Positions 26,800 through 36,836 of a DNA stretch of 64,000 nucleotides are shown piece by piece. Position 1 is the first letter of the stretch. Every line of letters starts with the position of its first letter. The DNA comes from Candidatus Omnitrophota bacterium (GTDB taxonomy: Bacteria > Omnitrophota > Gorgyraeia > 2-01-FULL-45-10), in NCBI GenBank assembly GCA_903843285.1, contig CAIMPC010000062.1, forward strand, positions 8,895 through 72,894. The letters run 5' to 3'. Made by a program: the position numbers and the translations under genes. The notes under the pieces are model-generated. The model did no database searches. It saw nothing but the letters and a program-made list of their open reading frames with translations, and had not been told where the DNA came from.

Positions 26800-27482
26800 T
26801 CGATTATTATTACCCTATCGATACCGTTAAAATCTTTCTTTATGCAATTTACTTTAAAATATCCACTCTCATCTACTATAGCGCTTACTGCGCATCGCTG
26901 GCCGAAGCCTATCTCAAGTAACGCATATCCGCCGCGCTTTAAATTGTCCGGCAGTTTCGAGATTATGCGCCTGTAATAATCGAGTCCGTCCTCGCCACCA
27001 TCCAGCGCTATCCTGGGTTCCCTAAGAACTTCTTCCTGTAATGTCGGGAATTCATATTTTGCAATATAAGGCGGGTTCGAGACAACTATATCAAATTTAT
27101 CATCGATACCATCGAACAGATCTCTATTTATGAATTCTATATGGTTATACAAACCATTCCTGATAGCGTTTCGCCTGGCAACCTCTATGGCATCCGGCGA
27201 AATGTCGGAAGCGATTATTCTACAATTAGTTGGGCCTTTTGTCAACCTTTCGGCCAAAGCTATTGCGACACAGCCGGATCCGGTGCATAAATCCAATATT
27301 TTAATCTCGCCAACTTTTAATGAGCATAAACCGGTAAGCTGAACAGCCGCTTCGACCAAAACCTCGGTCTCAGGCCTGGGAATAAGGACGCGTTCATCGA
27401 CATTAATGTTAATCCCGCAAAATTCCACGCTCCCTATAACATATTGTATCGGTGTATATGGCGCTATCGTCCTCATGCTCAC
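26787..27482 (-). CDS. prmC: release factor glutamine methyltransferase (short; N-terminal domain missing)
   Basis: PIQYVIG, LIPRPETE, LDLCTGSG, SNPPY, ALDGGEDGLD, LEIG; immediately after prfA. Confidence 0.92.
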   Translation of the reverse strand: MSMRTIAPYTPIQYVIGSVEFCGININVDERVLIPRPETEVLVEAAVQLTGLCSLKVGEIKILDLCTGSGCVAIALAERLTKGPTNCRIIASDISPDAIEVARRNAIRNGLYNHIEFINRDLFDGIDDKFDIVVSNPPYIAKYEFPTLQEEVLREPRIALDGGEDGLDYYRRIISKLPDNLKRGGYALLEIGFGQRCAVSAIVDESGYFKVNCIKKDFNGIDRVIIIEWIN

Positions 27483-28552
27483 GTCGCGGCCTTCAATCTT
27501 AGTTTCTTATCTTCGGCCTTTAATGCGGCCACAAGCTCATCCAGATTACCCTCCATAACACCTTCCAGATTATGCGTAGTAAATCCTATCCTATGGTCCG
27601 TAATGCGCCTGTCCGGAAAGTTGTAAGTCCTTATCTTCTCCGAGCGATCTCCACTGCCTACCTGGGCTCGTCTGGATTGCGTTATCTTATCGGACTGCTC
27701 CTTCTGCCTTGCATCAAATAGCCTTGCGCGCAGGACCTTAAGAGCCTTAGACTTATTCTTAAGCTGTGATCGCTCGTCCTGACAGGTGACGACGAGTCCG
27801 GAAGGCAGATGCGTAAGCCTTACAGCTGAGTCCGTCCTATTAACACCCTGGCCGCCCGCACCGCCTGATCTAAATACATCGATCTTCAGATCCTCGGGCC
27901 TTATCTCTATATCGACGTCCTCGGCTTCCGGTAATACCGCCACCGTCGCCGCAGACGTATGTATCCTGCCGCTCGCCTCAGTCTCCGGGACTCTCTGAAC
28001 TCTGTGCGTGCCGGATTCAAATTTCATCATACCATAAACTCCGGAGCCGGATACTGAACATATGACTTCCTTATAGCCGCCCTTCTCGCTAAGGCTCGAA
28101 TCTATCAGCTCCACCCTCCAGCCATTCTTGGCCGCGTATCTCGAATACATGCGCAGGAGATCGGCTGCAAATAGACTGGCTTCCACTCCACCGGTTCCCG
28201 CCCTTATCTCGAGAATGATTCCTCTTTGAGCGCCCGAATCTTTCTCCAATATCATGTCTTCGATCCTGGATGCGGACGCTTTTAATGCCTCGGTGAGCCT
28301 ATGCCTCTCCTCTTCGGCTAAAACAAGAAACTCCTTATCATGAGTCTTATCGCTAAGCACCTTCTCCATATCTTTCAGGTCGACGGCCATCTTTTGATGC
28401 TCTTCGTAAGCCTTTATTATCGGCGTAAGGGAAGCGAACTCCTTAGCATAAGATTGATATTCTAAGCCGTTTCCCACTACTTTCGGATCGGCCAATAGCT
28501 GATTCAGCTGGTCATACCTTTTCTTACGTTCCTGGACTATCTTATCGATCAT
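27479..28552 (-). CDS. prfA: peptide chain release factor 1
   Basis: EIRAGTGG, VQRVPETE (PxT), GGQ motif, RTYNFP. Confidence 0.97.
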   Translation of the reverse strand: MIDKIVQERKKRYDQLNQLLADPKVVGNGLEYQSYAKEFASLTPIIKAYEEHQKMAVDLKDMEKVLSDKTHDKEFLVLAEEERHRLTEALKASASRIEDMILEKDSGAQRGIILEIRAGTGGVEASLFAADLLRMYSRYAAKNGWRVELIDSSLSEKGGYKEVICSVSGSGVYGMMKFESGTHRVQRVPETEASGRIHTSAATVAVLPEAEDVDIEIRPEDLKIDVFRSGGAGGQGVNRTDSAVRLTHLPSGLVVTCQDERSQLKNKSKALKVLRARLFDARQKEQSDKITQSRRAQVGSGDRSEKIRTYNFPDRRITDHRIGFTTHNLEGVMEGNLDELVAALKAEDKKLRLKAAT

Positions 28553-28558
28553 ATTTCC

Positions 28559-28825
28559 TTATTCGGCTTTAACTTCGCCTTTAGCTTCCTCTTTCGATGC
28601 TACAGCAGTCTTCGCCTTCGATTTAACGTTGCCGGCATATCGCTTAGAGAACTTCTCGATGCGGCCTGCAGAGTCTATCAGCTTCTGCGTCCCGGTAAAG
28701 AACGGGTGGCACTTCGAACAAATATCGACCTGTATGCTCGGCTTTGTAGAGCGGGTCTTAACTACCTCACCGCAAGCGCAGTGTATAGTAGCCTCTTCAT
28801 ATTTCGGGTGTATCTTCTCTTTCAT
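28559..28825 (-). CDS. rpmE: 50S ribosomal protein L31 (zinc-binding type)
   Basis: [19 protein letters not shown]. Confidence 0.96.
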   Translation of the reverse strand: MKEKIHPKYEEATIHCACGEVVKTRSTKPSIQVDICSKCHPFFTGTQKLIDSAGRIEKFSKRYAGNVKSKAKTAVASKEEAKGEVKAE

Positions 28826-28867
28826 GACATTCTCCTTTTTGTTGTTTTCTTTGGACTATTATATTAA

Positions 28868-30115
28868 TTACTGGTTCATCGACATTAAGAATTCGGCGTT
28901 CGTCTTTGTCTTGGAGAGCTTCTCGATGAGTAACTGCATGGCCTCATCGGTATTTAACTCGTTGAGCGCTTTCCTCATGAGCCATATACGCTTCAGCTCA
29001 TCGGGATGGACGAGTAGTTCTTCTTTTCTGGTATTGGAACGCTTTATATCGATAGCCGGATATATCCTCTTCTGAAAAAGGTTTCTATCCATCTGCAATT
29101 CCATATTACCGGTGCCCTTAAACTCTTCGAATATAACTTCATCCATCCTCGAACCCGTGTCGACGAGCGCGGTGGCAATTATTGTTAAGCTTCCGCCCTC
29201 TTCTATATTACGCGCAGCCCCGAAGAACCTCTTAGGCTTTTGGAGCGCATTGGAGTCAACTCCGCCGGAGAGTATCTTACCGGAATGCGGCACGACCGAG
29301 TTATAGGCGCGCGCAAGGCGTGTGATCGAGTCCAAAAGTATGACAACATCTTTCTTAGATTCGACCAGCCTCTTAGCTTTCTCGAGTACTATCTCTGCTA
29401 CCTGTATATGGCGCTCTGAGGGCTCGTCGAATGTCGAACTAATAACCTCGCCTTTAACCGAGCGCTGCATATCCGTGACTTCCTCCGGACGTTCATCGAT
29501 TAATAGCACTATCAACACGACTTCGGGATAATTCGTAGTTATGGCATTCGCGAATTTCTGCAGAAGCACCGTCTTACCACTATACGGAGGCGCGACTATA
29601 AGCCCCCTCTGCCCTTTACCGACCGGAGCCAATAGATCCATTATCCTCGTAGATATCTCTTTCGGATTATTCTCCAGCATAAAACGCTGGTTCGGATAAA
29701 GCGGTGTCAGGTTATCGAAGAGCGTCTTATCCTTAGTCTCTTCCGGATTACCTAAGTTCACAGCCTCTACCTTAAGTAGTGCAAAGTACCTCTCGCCCTC
29801 TTTCGGCTGTCTGATCTGGCCGCTCACTGTATCACCGGTGCGTAAATTAAATCGTCGTATCTGCGAAGGAGATACATATATGTCATCCGGTCCGGGGAGA
29901 TAATTATAGTCCGGACTCCTCATGAAGCCAAAACCGTCCGGAAGTATCTCCAGAACACCTTCTCCAAAAATCAATCCTTCCTTCTCGGTCTTAGCCTGGA
30001 GTATTTTAAATATAAGGTCCTGCTTCTTTAATCCGCTCATACCATTGACGTTCATATCCTTAGCAAGCTTTGTCAGCTCTACTATGCTAAGGGCCTTTAA
30101 TTCAGCTATCTCCAT
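28868..30115 (-). CDS. rho: transcription termination factor Rho
   Basis: [49 protein letters not shown]. Start MEIAELK follows a strong GGAGGAGG. Confidence 0.96.
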   Translation of the reverse strand: MEIAELKALSIVELTKLAKDMNVNGMSGLKKQDLIFKILQAKTEKEGLIFGEGVLEILPDGFGFMRSPDYNYLPGPDDIYVSPSQIRRFNLRTGDTVSGQIRQPKEGERYFALLKVEAVNLGNPEETKDKTLFDNLTPLYPNQRFMLENNPKEISTRIMDLLAPVGKGQRGLIVAPPYSGKTVLLQKFANAITTNYPEVVLIVLLIDERPEEVTDMQRSVKGEVISSTFDEPSERHIQVAEIVLEKAKRLVESKKDVVILLDSITRLARAYNSVVPHSGKILSGGVDSNALQKPKRFFGAARNIEEGGSLTIIATALVDTGSRMDEVIFEEFKGTGNMELQMDRNLFQKRIYPAIDIKRSNTRKEELLVHPDELKRIWLMRKALNELNTDEAMQLLIEKLSKTKTNAEFLMSMNQ

Positions 30116-30696
30116 ACGACCTCCTCCCAAACCCTTCTTGCCTGCAGTCTCGTACGACTTCTCGTTAGATCGTTCTGAACTACGAAGTCCGCCATTTTCA
30201 GCTTTCTCTTCATTGACATCTGACTCCTTATCCTCTTTAACACTTCTTGCCTGGTTACTCGGAACTTTTTTATGCATCTTTCTATCTGCCTTTTTTTAGA
30301 ACAACTGACCACTACCACTTTATCGACTATATTTAAAAGACGCGCCTCTATTAAGAGCGGGGCGTCGATGACTACGACGGCATCTTTACCGGCCGTCCTT
30401 ATCCTTGATTTTATCACCCGAATTACCTCGGGGTGCACGATATTATTTAATTTTGCGATCCTCGCCTTATTGCCGAAGACGCAAGACGCAAGCCTTCTCC
30501 TATTTATCTCTTTACCATCTACGGAAATGCTACAACCGAATTCCGATACTATTTTTCTGTACGCGGGAGTGCCCTTTTTAATCACATCATGGGCTATCGC
30601 ATCGGCATCTATCACCTTCGCGCCAAACGATTTTAATATCGCTGCCACGAAACTCTTTCCGGTACCAAAAGACCCTGTTACTCCTATGACAATCAT
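30106..30696 (-). CDS. coaE: dephospho-CoA kinase
   Basis: [41 protein letters not shown]. Confidence 0.93.
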   Translation of the reverse strand: MIVIGVTGSFGTGKSFVAAILKSFGAKVIDADAIAHDVIKKGTPAYRKIVSEFGCSISVDGKEINRRRLASCVFGNKARIAKLNNIVHPEVIRVIKSRIRTAGKDAVVVIDAPLLIEARLLNIVDKVVVVSCSKKRQIERCIKKFRVTRQEVLKRIRSQMSMKRKLKMADFVVQNDLTRSRTRLQARRVWEEVVWR

Positions 30697-30712
30697 GCCT
30701 ATCTCCGCAACC

Positions 30713-32140
30713 TTAATTCTTAATTTTATTATAAAGCTCTATGTATTTCCAGGCAGAGACTTTCCATGAGAAATCGAGTCCCATCACCCTCTTCACTAGC
30801 TCTCTCCACGCGCCCCTATTCTGATGCACGGAAAACGCCCTTTTTATAGCTGTCAAAAACGCCTCCGGCCTATATTCCTCGAAGGTGAATCCCGTGCCTT
30901 CCTTAGTCCTAAAATCATACTCGGATATGGTATCCTTCAGCCCCCCTGTCCGACGCGCGACAGGGATGGTACCGTATTTGAAGCCGATCATCTGACTGAG
31001 TCCGCAAGGTTCATATCTGGAAGGTATTAAAAATACGTCTGAAGCCGCGTAAATCTTTTCGGCGAGAATAGCATCATATTTCAGATTTATCGACGTATTC
31101 TTTTGATGTGCCTTCGCCATCTTTTCCAACAGCACATGGTATTTATGGTCGCCTGTCCCAAGCAGGACAAATTGCACCTTCATGCTCAGTATGTCATTGA
31201 TTATCTTTGCCAGAAGATCCATGCCTTTCTGGTCCGCAAGCCGTGATATTACTCCTAACATCGGAATATCAAAATCGACTTTAAGCCCTAATTCCTTCTG
31301 CAGGGATTCCTTATTAATATATTTATTGTCGGGGTTCTCTATGGAATATTTCTTCGCGATCACAGAGTCGGTAGCCGGATTCCAGACACCGTAATCGATG
31401 CCGTTCAATATACCATAGAGGGCATCTTTCTTAGCTTGTAACACCCCCTCCAGTCCGCAGCCATACTCCTTAGTCAATATCTCCTTAGCATAAGTCGGGC
31501 TTACCGTGCTCACAGCATCCGCATATATTATTCCGGCCTTCATTAGATTTACCTGGCCATAAAATTCGAAGTAGTGTATATGGAACAGAGCCCAGTCCAG
31601 CCCTGTCTTAGGAAAATCCTCTTTTGAGAACAATCCCTGGTATGCGATATTATGTATAGTGAATAATGTTTTGGTCCTGGCAAAGAATGGATCATATTTA
31701 TAGATCGTATTAAGATATACGGGGATCAGCGCCGTATGCCAATCATTGCAATGAATGATGTCCGGCCTGAAATTCTCTTTTATGCATCTCTCAAGAACCT
31801 GTCTTGAAAAGAATGCGAATCGGGTGAGGTTATCGGCATAATCACCGAACTTATCGCCGTAATACTCTTTTCTGTTAAAGTAATCGTCATTCTCGACCAG
31901 ATATACGGTAACACCTTCGGAAACTTTATTATCCTGCACGGCCTCATGACGTGATGACTTCTTTATGACCGTCCTATCGCCGGGGACTTTAACAGATCGG
32001 TACTTCGGCATTATAACGCGGACGTCCACGTCCATCTCGCTAAGCTCGAGCGGAAGGCTCCCCGCTACATCGGCGAGTCCACCGGTCTTAGCGAACGGCA
32101 CGACCTCACTCGCTACGAATAATACCTTAATTTTTTCCAC
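30713..32140 (-). CDS. glgA: glycogen synthase
   Basis: PFAKTGGLADV, IHCNDWHT, TIHNIAYQG, SRLADQKG, PSRYEPCGL. Confidence 0.96.
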   Translation of the reverse strand: MEKIKVLFVASEVVPFAKTGGLADVAGSLPLELSEMDVDVRVIMPKYRSVKVPGDRTVIKKSSRHEAVQDNKVSEGVTVYLVENDDYFNRKEYYGDKFGDYADNLTRFAFFSRQVLERCIKENFRPDIIHCNDWHTALIPVYLNTIYKYDPFFARTKTLFTIHNIAYQGLFSKEDFPKTGLDWALFHIHYFEFYGQVNLMKAGIIYADAVSTVSPTYAKEILTKEYGCGLEGVLQAKKDALYGILNGIDYGVWNPATDSVIAKKYSIENPDNKYINKESLQKELGLKVDFDIPMLGVISRLADQKGMDLLAKIINDILSMKVQFVLLGTGDHKYHVLLEKMAKAHQKNTSINLKYDAILAEKIYAASDVFLIPSRYEPCGLSQMIGFKYGTIPVARRTGGLKDTISEYDFRTKEGTGFTFEEYRPEAFLTAIKRAFSVHQNRGAWRELVKRVMGLDFSWKVSAWKYIELYNKIKN

Positions 32141-32173
32141 TTAATCCGTCTCCTCATCGAATATAAATATGCA

Positions 32174-34840
32174 TTAAGCCTTGTATTTTTCCTGCTCGAG
32201 CCAATTCTCGCCGACCTCGATATGCGCCTCTACCGGAACCTTAAGCTTTATGACATTCTCCATACCGTCCTTCACTATATGATAAGTTTCTTTCAGATCT
32301 TTCTCGGGCACATCGAAGACCAGTTCGTCGTGGACCTGCAGGGTCATCTTTGTCCCGAGACCTTTCTTTGCAAGCCTTTCATATATATCTATCATGGCCA
32401 CTTTGATCACATCGGCCGCCGAGCCCTGTATGGGCATATTAATAGCGGTCCTTTCCGCAAACTGCCTGATCCTCATATCGGCGCTATTTATCTCGGGGAT
32501 GTAGCGCCTACGGCCAAGCATGGTCGTAACGTAGCCCTTCTCCCTGGCCTCCGTGATGAGTCCGTCCATGTACTCCTTAACCGCCGGATATCTCTGAAAA
32601 TACGCGTCGATGAAATCTTTCGCCTTTGCCACATCAATGCTCAGGCTTTGCGATAACCCGTACGGGCTCATGCCGTAGATAATCCCAAAGTTTACCGTCT
32701 TTGCCATGCCGCGCATCTCGGTGGTAACATCCTTCTCATCCACATTAAAGACCAATGCCGCCGTAAACGAATGTATGTCGAGCCCCTCCTTAAACGCTTT
32801 GGTAAGGTGCTTATCGCCGGACATGTGCGCCAGCACCCTAAGCTCAATCTGCGAATAGTCGGCCGAAAGAAGCACCCTGTCCTTAGCTGAGGGTATAAAG
32901 GCTTTACGTATTTTGCGCCCCTCCTCGGTCTTAATCGGGATATTCTGCAGGTTCGGTTCGCTCGATGATAACCTACCTGTGGCGGTAACCGTTTGATTGA
33001 ACGAGGTATGTATCCTTCCTGTCTTCGGATTCGCGATGAGCGGAAGCGAATCTACATATGTCGATTTTAATTTTGAAAGCTCCCTGTACTCCAGAATGGT
33101 ATGCGGTAATTTATGCGATGCGGCCAGCTTAGTCAAAACCTCTTCATCCGTAGATATGCCGGTCTTAGTCCTTCTTACCACCGGGAGCTTCAGCTTTTCA
33201 AAAAGGATGGTCGATAACTGCTTAGGCGAATTGATATTGAATTCTTCGCCTGCTATCTCATATATTTTCTTAGTTAATTTCTCGAGCTTCTTCTCCATCT
33301 CCACCGAAAGCCCGGCAAGATAGTCCTTATCAATAGATACTCCGGTAATCTCCATCCCCGCGAGCACTTCCACTAAAGGCATTTCCACTTTATAGAATAA
33401 TTCGTCCATGGACTTCGCGGCGATCTCTTTTTCCAGTATCTTCTTAAGCCTGAGGGTGACATCGCTATCTTCACAGCAATAGGCGCAGACCTTATCGACA
33501 TCGACCTGGTCCATGGTTATCGCCTTCTTGCCCTTACCTATCAGCTCTTCGATAGGCGTGGTCATCTTATGGCTAAGATATTCGATCGATATCTCTTCGA
33601 GATTATGGTTCATCTTAGATGGATTCAGGACGTAAGACGCGACCATAGTGTCAAAGAACTTACCGGCGAGGTTAATACCGTAATTAGCGAGCACTATATA
33701 TTCATATTTAATATTCTGGCCGATCTTTTCAATGGACGCATCTTCGAATATGGGTTTCAGTTTACCGAGAACAAAATCGCAGTCAAAATATTTATTGACC
33801 GGCACATAATATGAGCGCCCCACAATCCATGAGAACGAGACGCCGACGAGCTTAGCGAGCATAGGATCCTCTGAAGTCGTTTCAAAATCGAATGCAAATT
33901 CGCTCAGCCCTTTAAGCTCAGCCACAAGCTTCTCAAATTTATCCCGGTCGTCGATCATCTCATATGTCGAATCCAGGGACTCCTTAGGCGTGAATTCCTT
34001 TATGAAGGCCTTAAATTCCAGTTCCTTAAACATCTCCAGGAGTTGAGCGTGGTCGGGCGGTTTTAATTCAAGTTCCTTAAAATCGACATCGATGGGCACC
34101 TTAGTATCGACGATGGCAAGCTCCTTACTTAATATCGCCATCTTCTCATTCTCCACCAGCGCCTTCTTTCTCGCCTGGCTCTTCACCTTATCTATATTCT
34201 TCAGCAGATTTTCCAGGCTTCCAAATTCGCTTATAAGCTCTATGGCGGTCTTCTCGCCTATGCCATGCACGCCGGGTATATTATCCGAAGCGTCGCCCAT
34301 TAAGGCCATTATATCTACCATCTTATCCGGATCTACGCCAAAGGCTTCTTTAACCTTATGCGCATCGTATATCAGCCCATCCTTATTCGTGTTATAGACC
34401 TTAATATGATTATTTACCAGCTGTAGAGCATCTTTATCGCCTGTGGCTATAAAAGTCTCCACATCTTCCTTCTCCGCTTTTTTAGCTATGGTCGCGAGGA
34501 CATCGTCAGCCTCATATCCTTCCATTTGATATATAGGTATATTGTAGGCTGAAACCAATCTCTTAATGTAAGGCATCTGGGACACCAGCTCATCAGGCAT
34601 AGGCTTACGGTGGATCTTATATTCCTCGAACTTCTTATGCCTGAATGTCGGGGCCTTCATATCGAAGGCTACCGCCAGCATATCGGGCGAATTATCCTTA
34701 ATGATCTTGTTCAACATCGTCATGAAGCCATATATGGCGTTCGTAGGCTGGCCCTTCGAATTGGACAGCGTCCTTATGGCATAGAATGCCCTGTAGCAGA
34801 AGGAGTTGCCATCGATCAGAAATAGTCTTTTTTTGGACAT
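32174..34840 (-). CDS. polA: DNA polymerase I
   Basis: 5'-3' exonuclease (LIDGN, EADD, GDASDN), 3'-5' exo DFET, ATGRLSS, ADYSQIELR, AKTVNFGIIYG, QVHDEL. Confidence 0.98.
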   Translation of the reverse strand: MSKKRLFLIDGNSFCYRAFYAIRTLSNSKGQPTNAIYGFMTMLNKIIKDNSPDMLAVAFDMKAPTFRHKKFEEYKIHRKPMPDELVSQMPYIKRLVSAYNIPIYQMEGYEADDVLATIAKKAEKEDVETFIATGDKDALQLVNNHIKVYNTNKDGLIYDAHKVKEAFGVDPDKMVDIMALMGDASDNIPGVHGIGEKTAIELISEFGSLENLLKNIDKVKSQARKKALVENEKMAILSKELAIVDTKVPIDVDFKELELKPPDHAQLLEMFKELEFKAFIKEFTPKESLDSTYEMIDDRDKFEKLVAELKGLSEFAFDFETTSEDPMLAKLVGVSFSWIVGRSYYVPVNKYFDCDFVLGKLKPIFEDASIEKIGQNIKYEYIVLANYGINLAGKFFDTMVASYVLNPSKMNHNLEEISIEYLSHKMTTPIEELIGKGKKAITMDQVDVDKVCAYCCEDSDVTLRLKKILEKEIAAKSMDELFYKVEMPLVEVLAGMEITGVSIDKDYLAGLSVEMEKKLEKLTKKIYEIAGEEFNINSPKQLSTILFEKLKLPVVRRTKTGISTDEEVLTKLAASHKLPHTILEYRELSKLKSTYVDSLPLIANPKTGRIHTSFNQTVTATGRLSSSEPNLQNIPIKTEEGRKIRKAFIPSAKDRVLLSADYSQIELRVLAHMSGDKHLTKAFKEGLDIHSFTAALVFNVDEKDVTTEMRGMAKTVNFGIIYGMSPYGLSQSLSIDVAKAKDFIDAYFQRYPAVKEYMDGLITEAREKGYVTTMLGRRRYIPEINSADMRIRQFAERTAINMPIQGSAADVIKVAMIDIYERLAKKGLGTKMTLQVHDELVFDVPEKDLKETYHIVKDGMENVIKLKVPVEAHIEVGENWLEQEKYKA

Positions 34841-34972
34841 TACACGATATGCCTTATGAGGTGTAGATACAGAGGAGGTCTTTGGACATTTATCAGAAAT
34901 TCAACTATTTAGGGATTTGTTCTTTCGGAAAACAATACAATAGAGGACATCAGAATCATTTAACCTATTATT

Positions 34973-35000
34973 ATTATACGCATAAACACGATTTTGTCAA
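34973..35000 (-). promoter_or_regulatory. consensus sigma70 promoter upstream of polA
   Basis: TTGACA-16nt-TATAAT. Confidence 0.75.
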
Positions 35001-35021
35001 CAAAAATTATGAGAAACGCAC

Positions 35022-35669
35022 TTATATGACTAAGATATTCATCTTCTTCTTAAATAGGCGGGTCTCGTTCTCTTGCCCCCTAACAAGCCTATTTATGTTA
35101 TCTCTATGCTTATAAATTGAGATACTACAGATCACAACACTTGAGAGAATTATATATAGAGGGTACTTTAGTATGCAGGCTATGGCGGGAAAAAGCAGAA
35201 GCGCCATAATAGATGCAAGTGATACGAAATTCGTGATATAAAGTACCAGGAGCCATACTATGGCGGATGGTATCAGGGCAAATGGTGTGAGAACTATAGC
35301 GACTCCGATAGTAGTGGCGACACCTTTACCACCCTTGAACTTCAGAAATACCGACCAGATATGGCCGCATACTACGGCCAGAGCCAGTATGCCGCGATAT
35401 GCATCGTATTGAAGATCTATATTGAATTTGTAAAAATAATTTGCGACTATAGTTACCGCCGCAACACCTTTTAGAATGTCCACGATTAAGGTCACTAGCG
35501 CCGGAAGTTTACCAACGCTCCTTAAGACATTCGTCGCTCCGGCATTCTTAGAGCCAACCTGCCTAATATCAATACCTTTAAATATTCTGGCCAATACATA
35601 ACTGGTTGGAAATGATCCCATTATATATGCAAGCACAACTGATAACGCAAGCGCTAATACAGGATTCAT
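35022..35669 (-). CDS. plsY: glycerol-3-phosphate acyltransferase
   Basis: DIRQVGSKNAGATN, DILKG, GHIWS, FKGGKGVAT, HRDNINRL. Confidence 0.95.
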   Translation of the reverse strand: MNPVLALALSVVLAYIMGSFPTSYVLARIFKGIDIRQVGSKNAGATNVLRSVGKLPALVTLIVDILKGVAAVTIVANYFYKFNIDLQYDAYRGILALAVVCGHIWSVFLKFKGGKGVATTIGVAIVLTPFALIPSAIVWLLVLYITNFVSLASIMALLLFPAIACILKYPLYIILSSVVICSISIYKHRDNINRLVRGQENETRLFKKKMNILVI

Positions 35670-35672
35670 TCC

Positions 35673-36233
35673 CTACCCCGCTTTCTTCGCAACGCTACTA
35701 TCGCTTAATAATTTACTACCCTTCATAACATAGTCCAGCCCCGATATCATCGTAAGAAGGATTGCCAAGTTCCACACGATATTTGAATAGTTGAACTTAA
35801 CAAGAATGCAGACGATGACTATCATCTGAAAGAACGTGGTAATTTTCCCTACGATGCTCGGGGATATCTTAAGGTCGCTCTTCACTACGTAAACCACTAT
35901 CGATCCGACCACGATTATAACATCCCGGGAGATAACGATTATTGGTACATACGGCGGCAGCCTGAGATGCTGCGGTATACTGGGCGCCACAGAGAGGCAT
36001 ATATATGCGCTCGTCAGAAGAAGCTTATCTGCGATGGGATCCAGTATAGTTCCGAGCTGAGTTTTTTGTTTTAACGCGCGAGCGATAAATCCATCGAGCC
36101 CATCGGAGATAATGGCGACGATGAAGAATATAAGCGCTATGTCGAGTCTCGAATAGGCCACCGCGGTTATGAAGAATGGAATAAGAATTATACGCGTTAT
36201 CGATATTTTATTGGCCAGCGTAACTTTGCCCAT
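35673..36233 (-). CDS. CDP-alcohol phosphatidyltransferase (PgsA-like)
   Basis: ANKISITR and SDGLDGFIAR...LGTILDPIADK motif; multiple TM helices. Confidence 0.9.
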   Translation of the reverse strand: MGKVTLANKISITRIILIPFFITAVAYSRLDIALIFFIVAIISDGLDGFIARALKQKTQLGTILDPIADKLLLTSAYICLSVAPSIPQHLRLPPYVPIIVISRDVIIVVGSIVVYVVKSDLKISPSIVGKITTFFQMIVIVCILVKFNYSNIVWNLAILLTMISGLDYVMKGSKLLSDSSVAKKAG

Positions 36234-36240
36234 ATGACTC

Positions 36241-36825
36241 CTACTTTATCAGCTTCATCCTATTTAAGGGCCAGTAAATAAGCATCGCCTTACCCACCAG
36301 ATTTTTTCTAGGTACAAATCCCCAGTACCGCGAATCCCTGGAGTTGGAGCTATTGTCTCCGAGAACAAAGTATGAGTTCGCGGGCACCACGATAATTTTA
36401 CCTTCCTGTCCATAGTCGCCCGCATTATAATAATAGACCGACTTACAGCCAGGCTCTTCCAGCGCCATACCGTTAACCAATATTCTGCCGTCTTTTACCT
36501 CAACCTTCTCGCCGCCGAAGGCTATGAGGCGTTTCACGAAATCCTTCCTAGGGTCTTCGGGAGATACGAAAACTATAATGTCCCCGCGCCTTGGTTCTTT
36601 TATGTCCAGTATCGGCAGTTTCCAATTAACGAACGGAACTCTCGCGCTATACAGAAATTTATTTACAAATATCCTGTCACCGATCTTAAATGTCGGTATC
36701 ATCGATCCGGAGGGTATCTTAAATGCCTGTACGATAAACGTCTGGATCACTATAGCTATTGCAAACGCTATTACTATAGACTCTACCCATTCCCTCACTT
36801 GTGATTTCACCTTTTCTTTATTCAT
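36241..36825 (-). CDS. lepB: signal peptidase I
   Basis: IPSGSMIPT, RGDIIVF, FVKRLIA, GDNSSNSRDSRYWG. Confidence 0.96.
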   Translation of the reverse strand: MNKEKVKSQVREWVESIVIAFAIAIVIQTFIVQAFKIPSGSMIPTFKIGDRIFVNKFLYSARVPFVNWKLPILDIKEPRRGDIIVFVSPEDPRKDFVKRLIAFGGEKVEVKDGRILVNGMALEEPGCKSVYYYNAGDYGQEGKIIVVPANSYFVLGDNSSNSRDSRYWGFVPRKNLVGKAMLIYWPLNRMKLIK

Positions 36826-36836
36826 AACCCCTCTTG

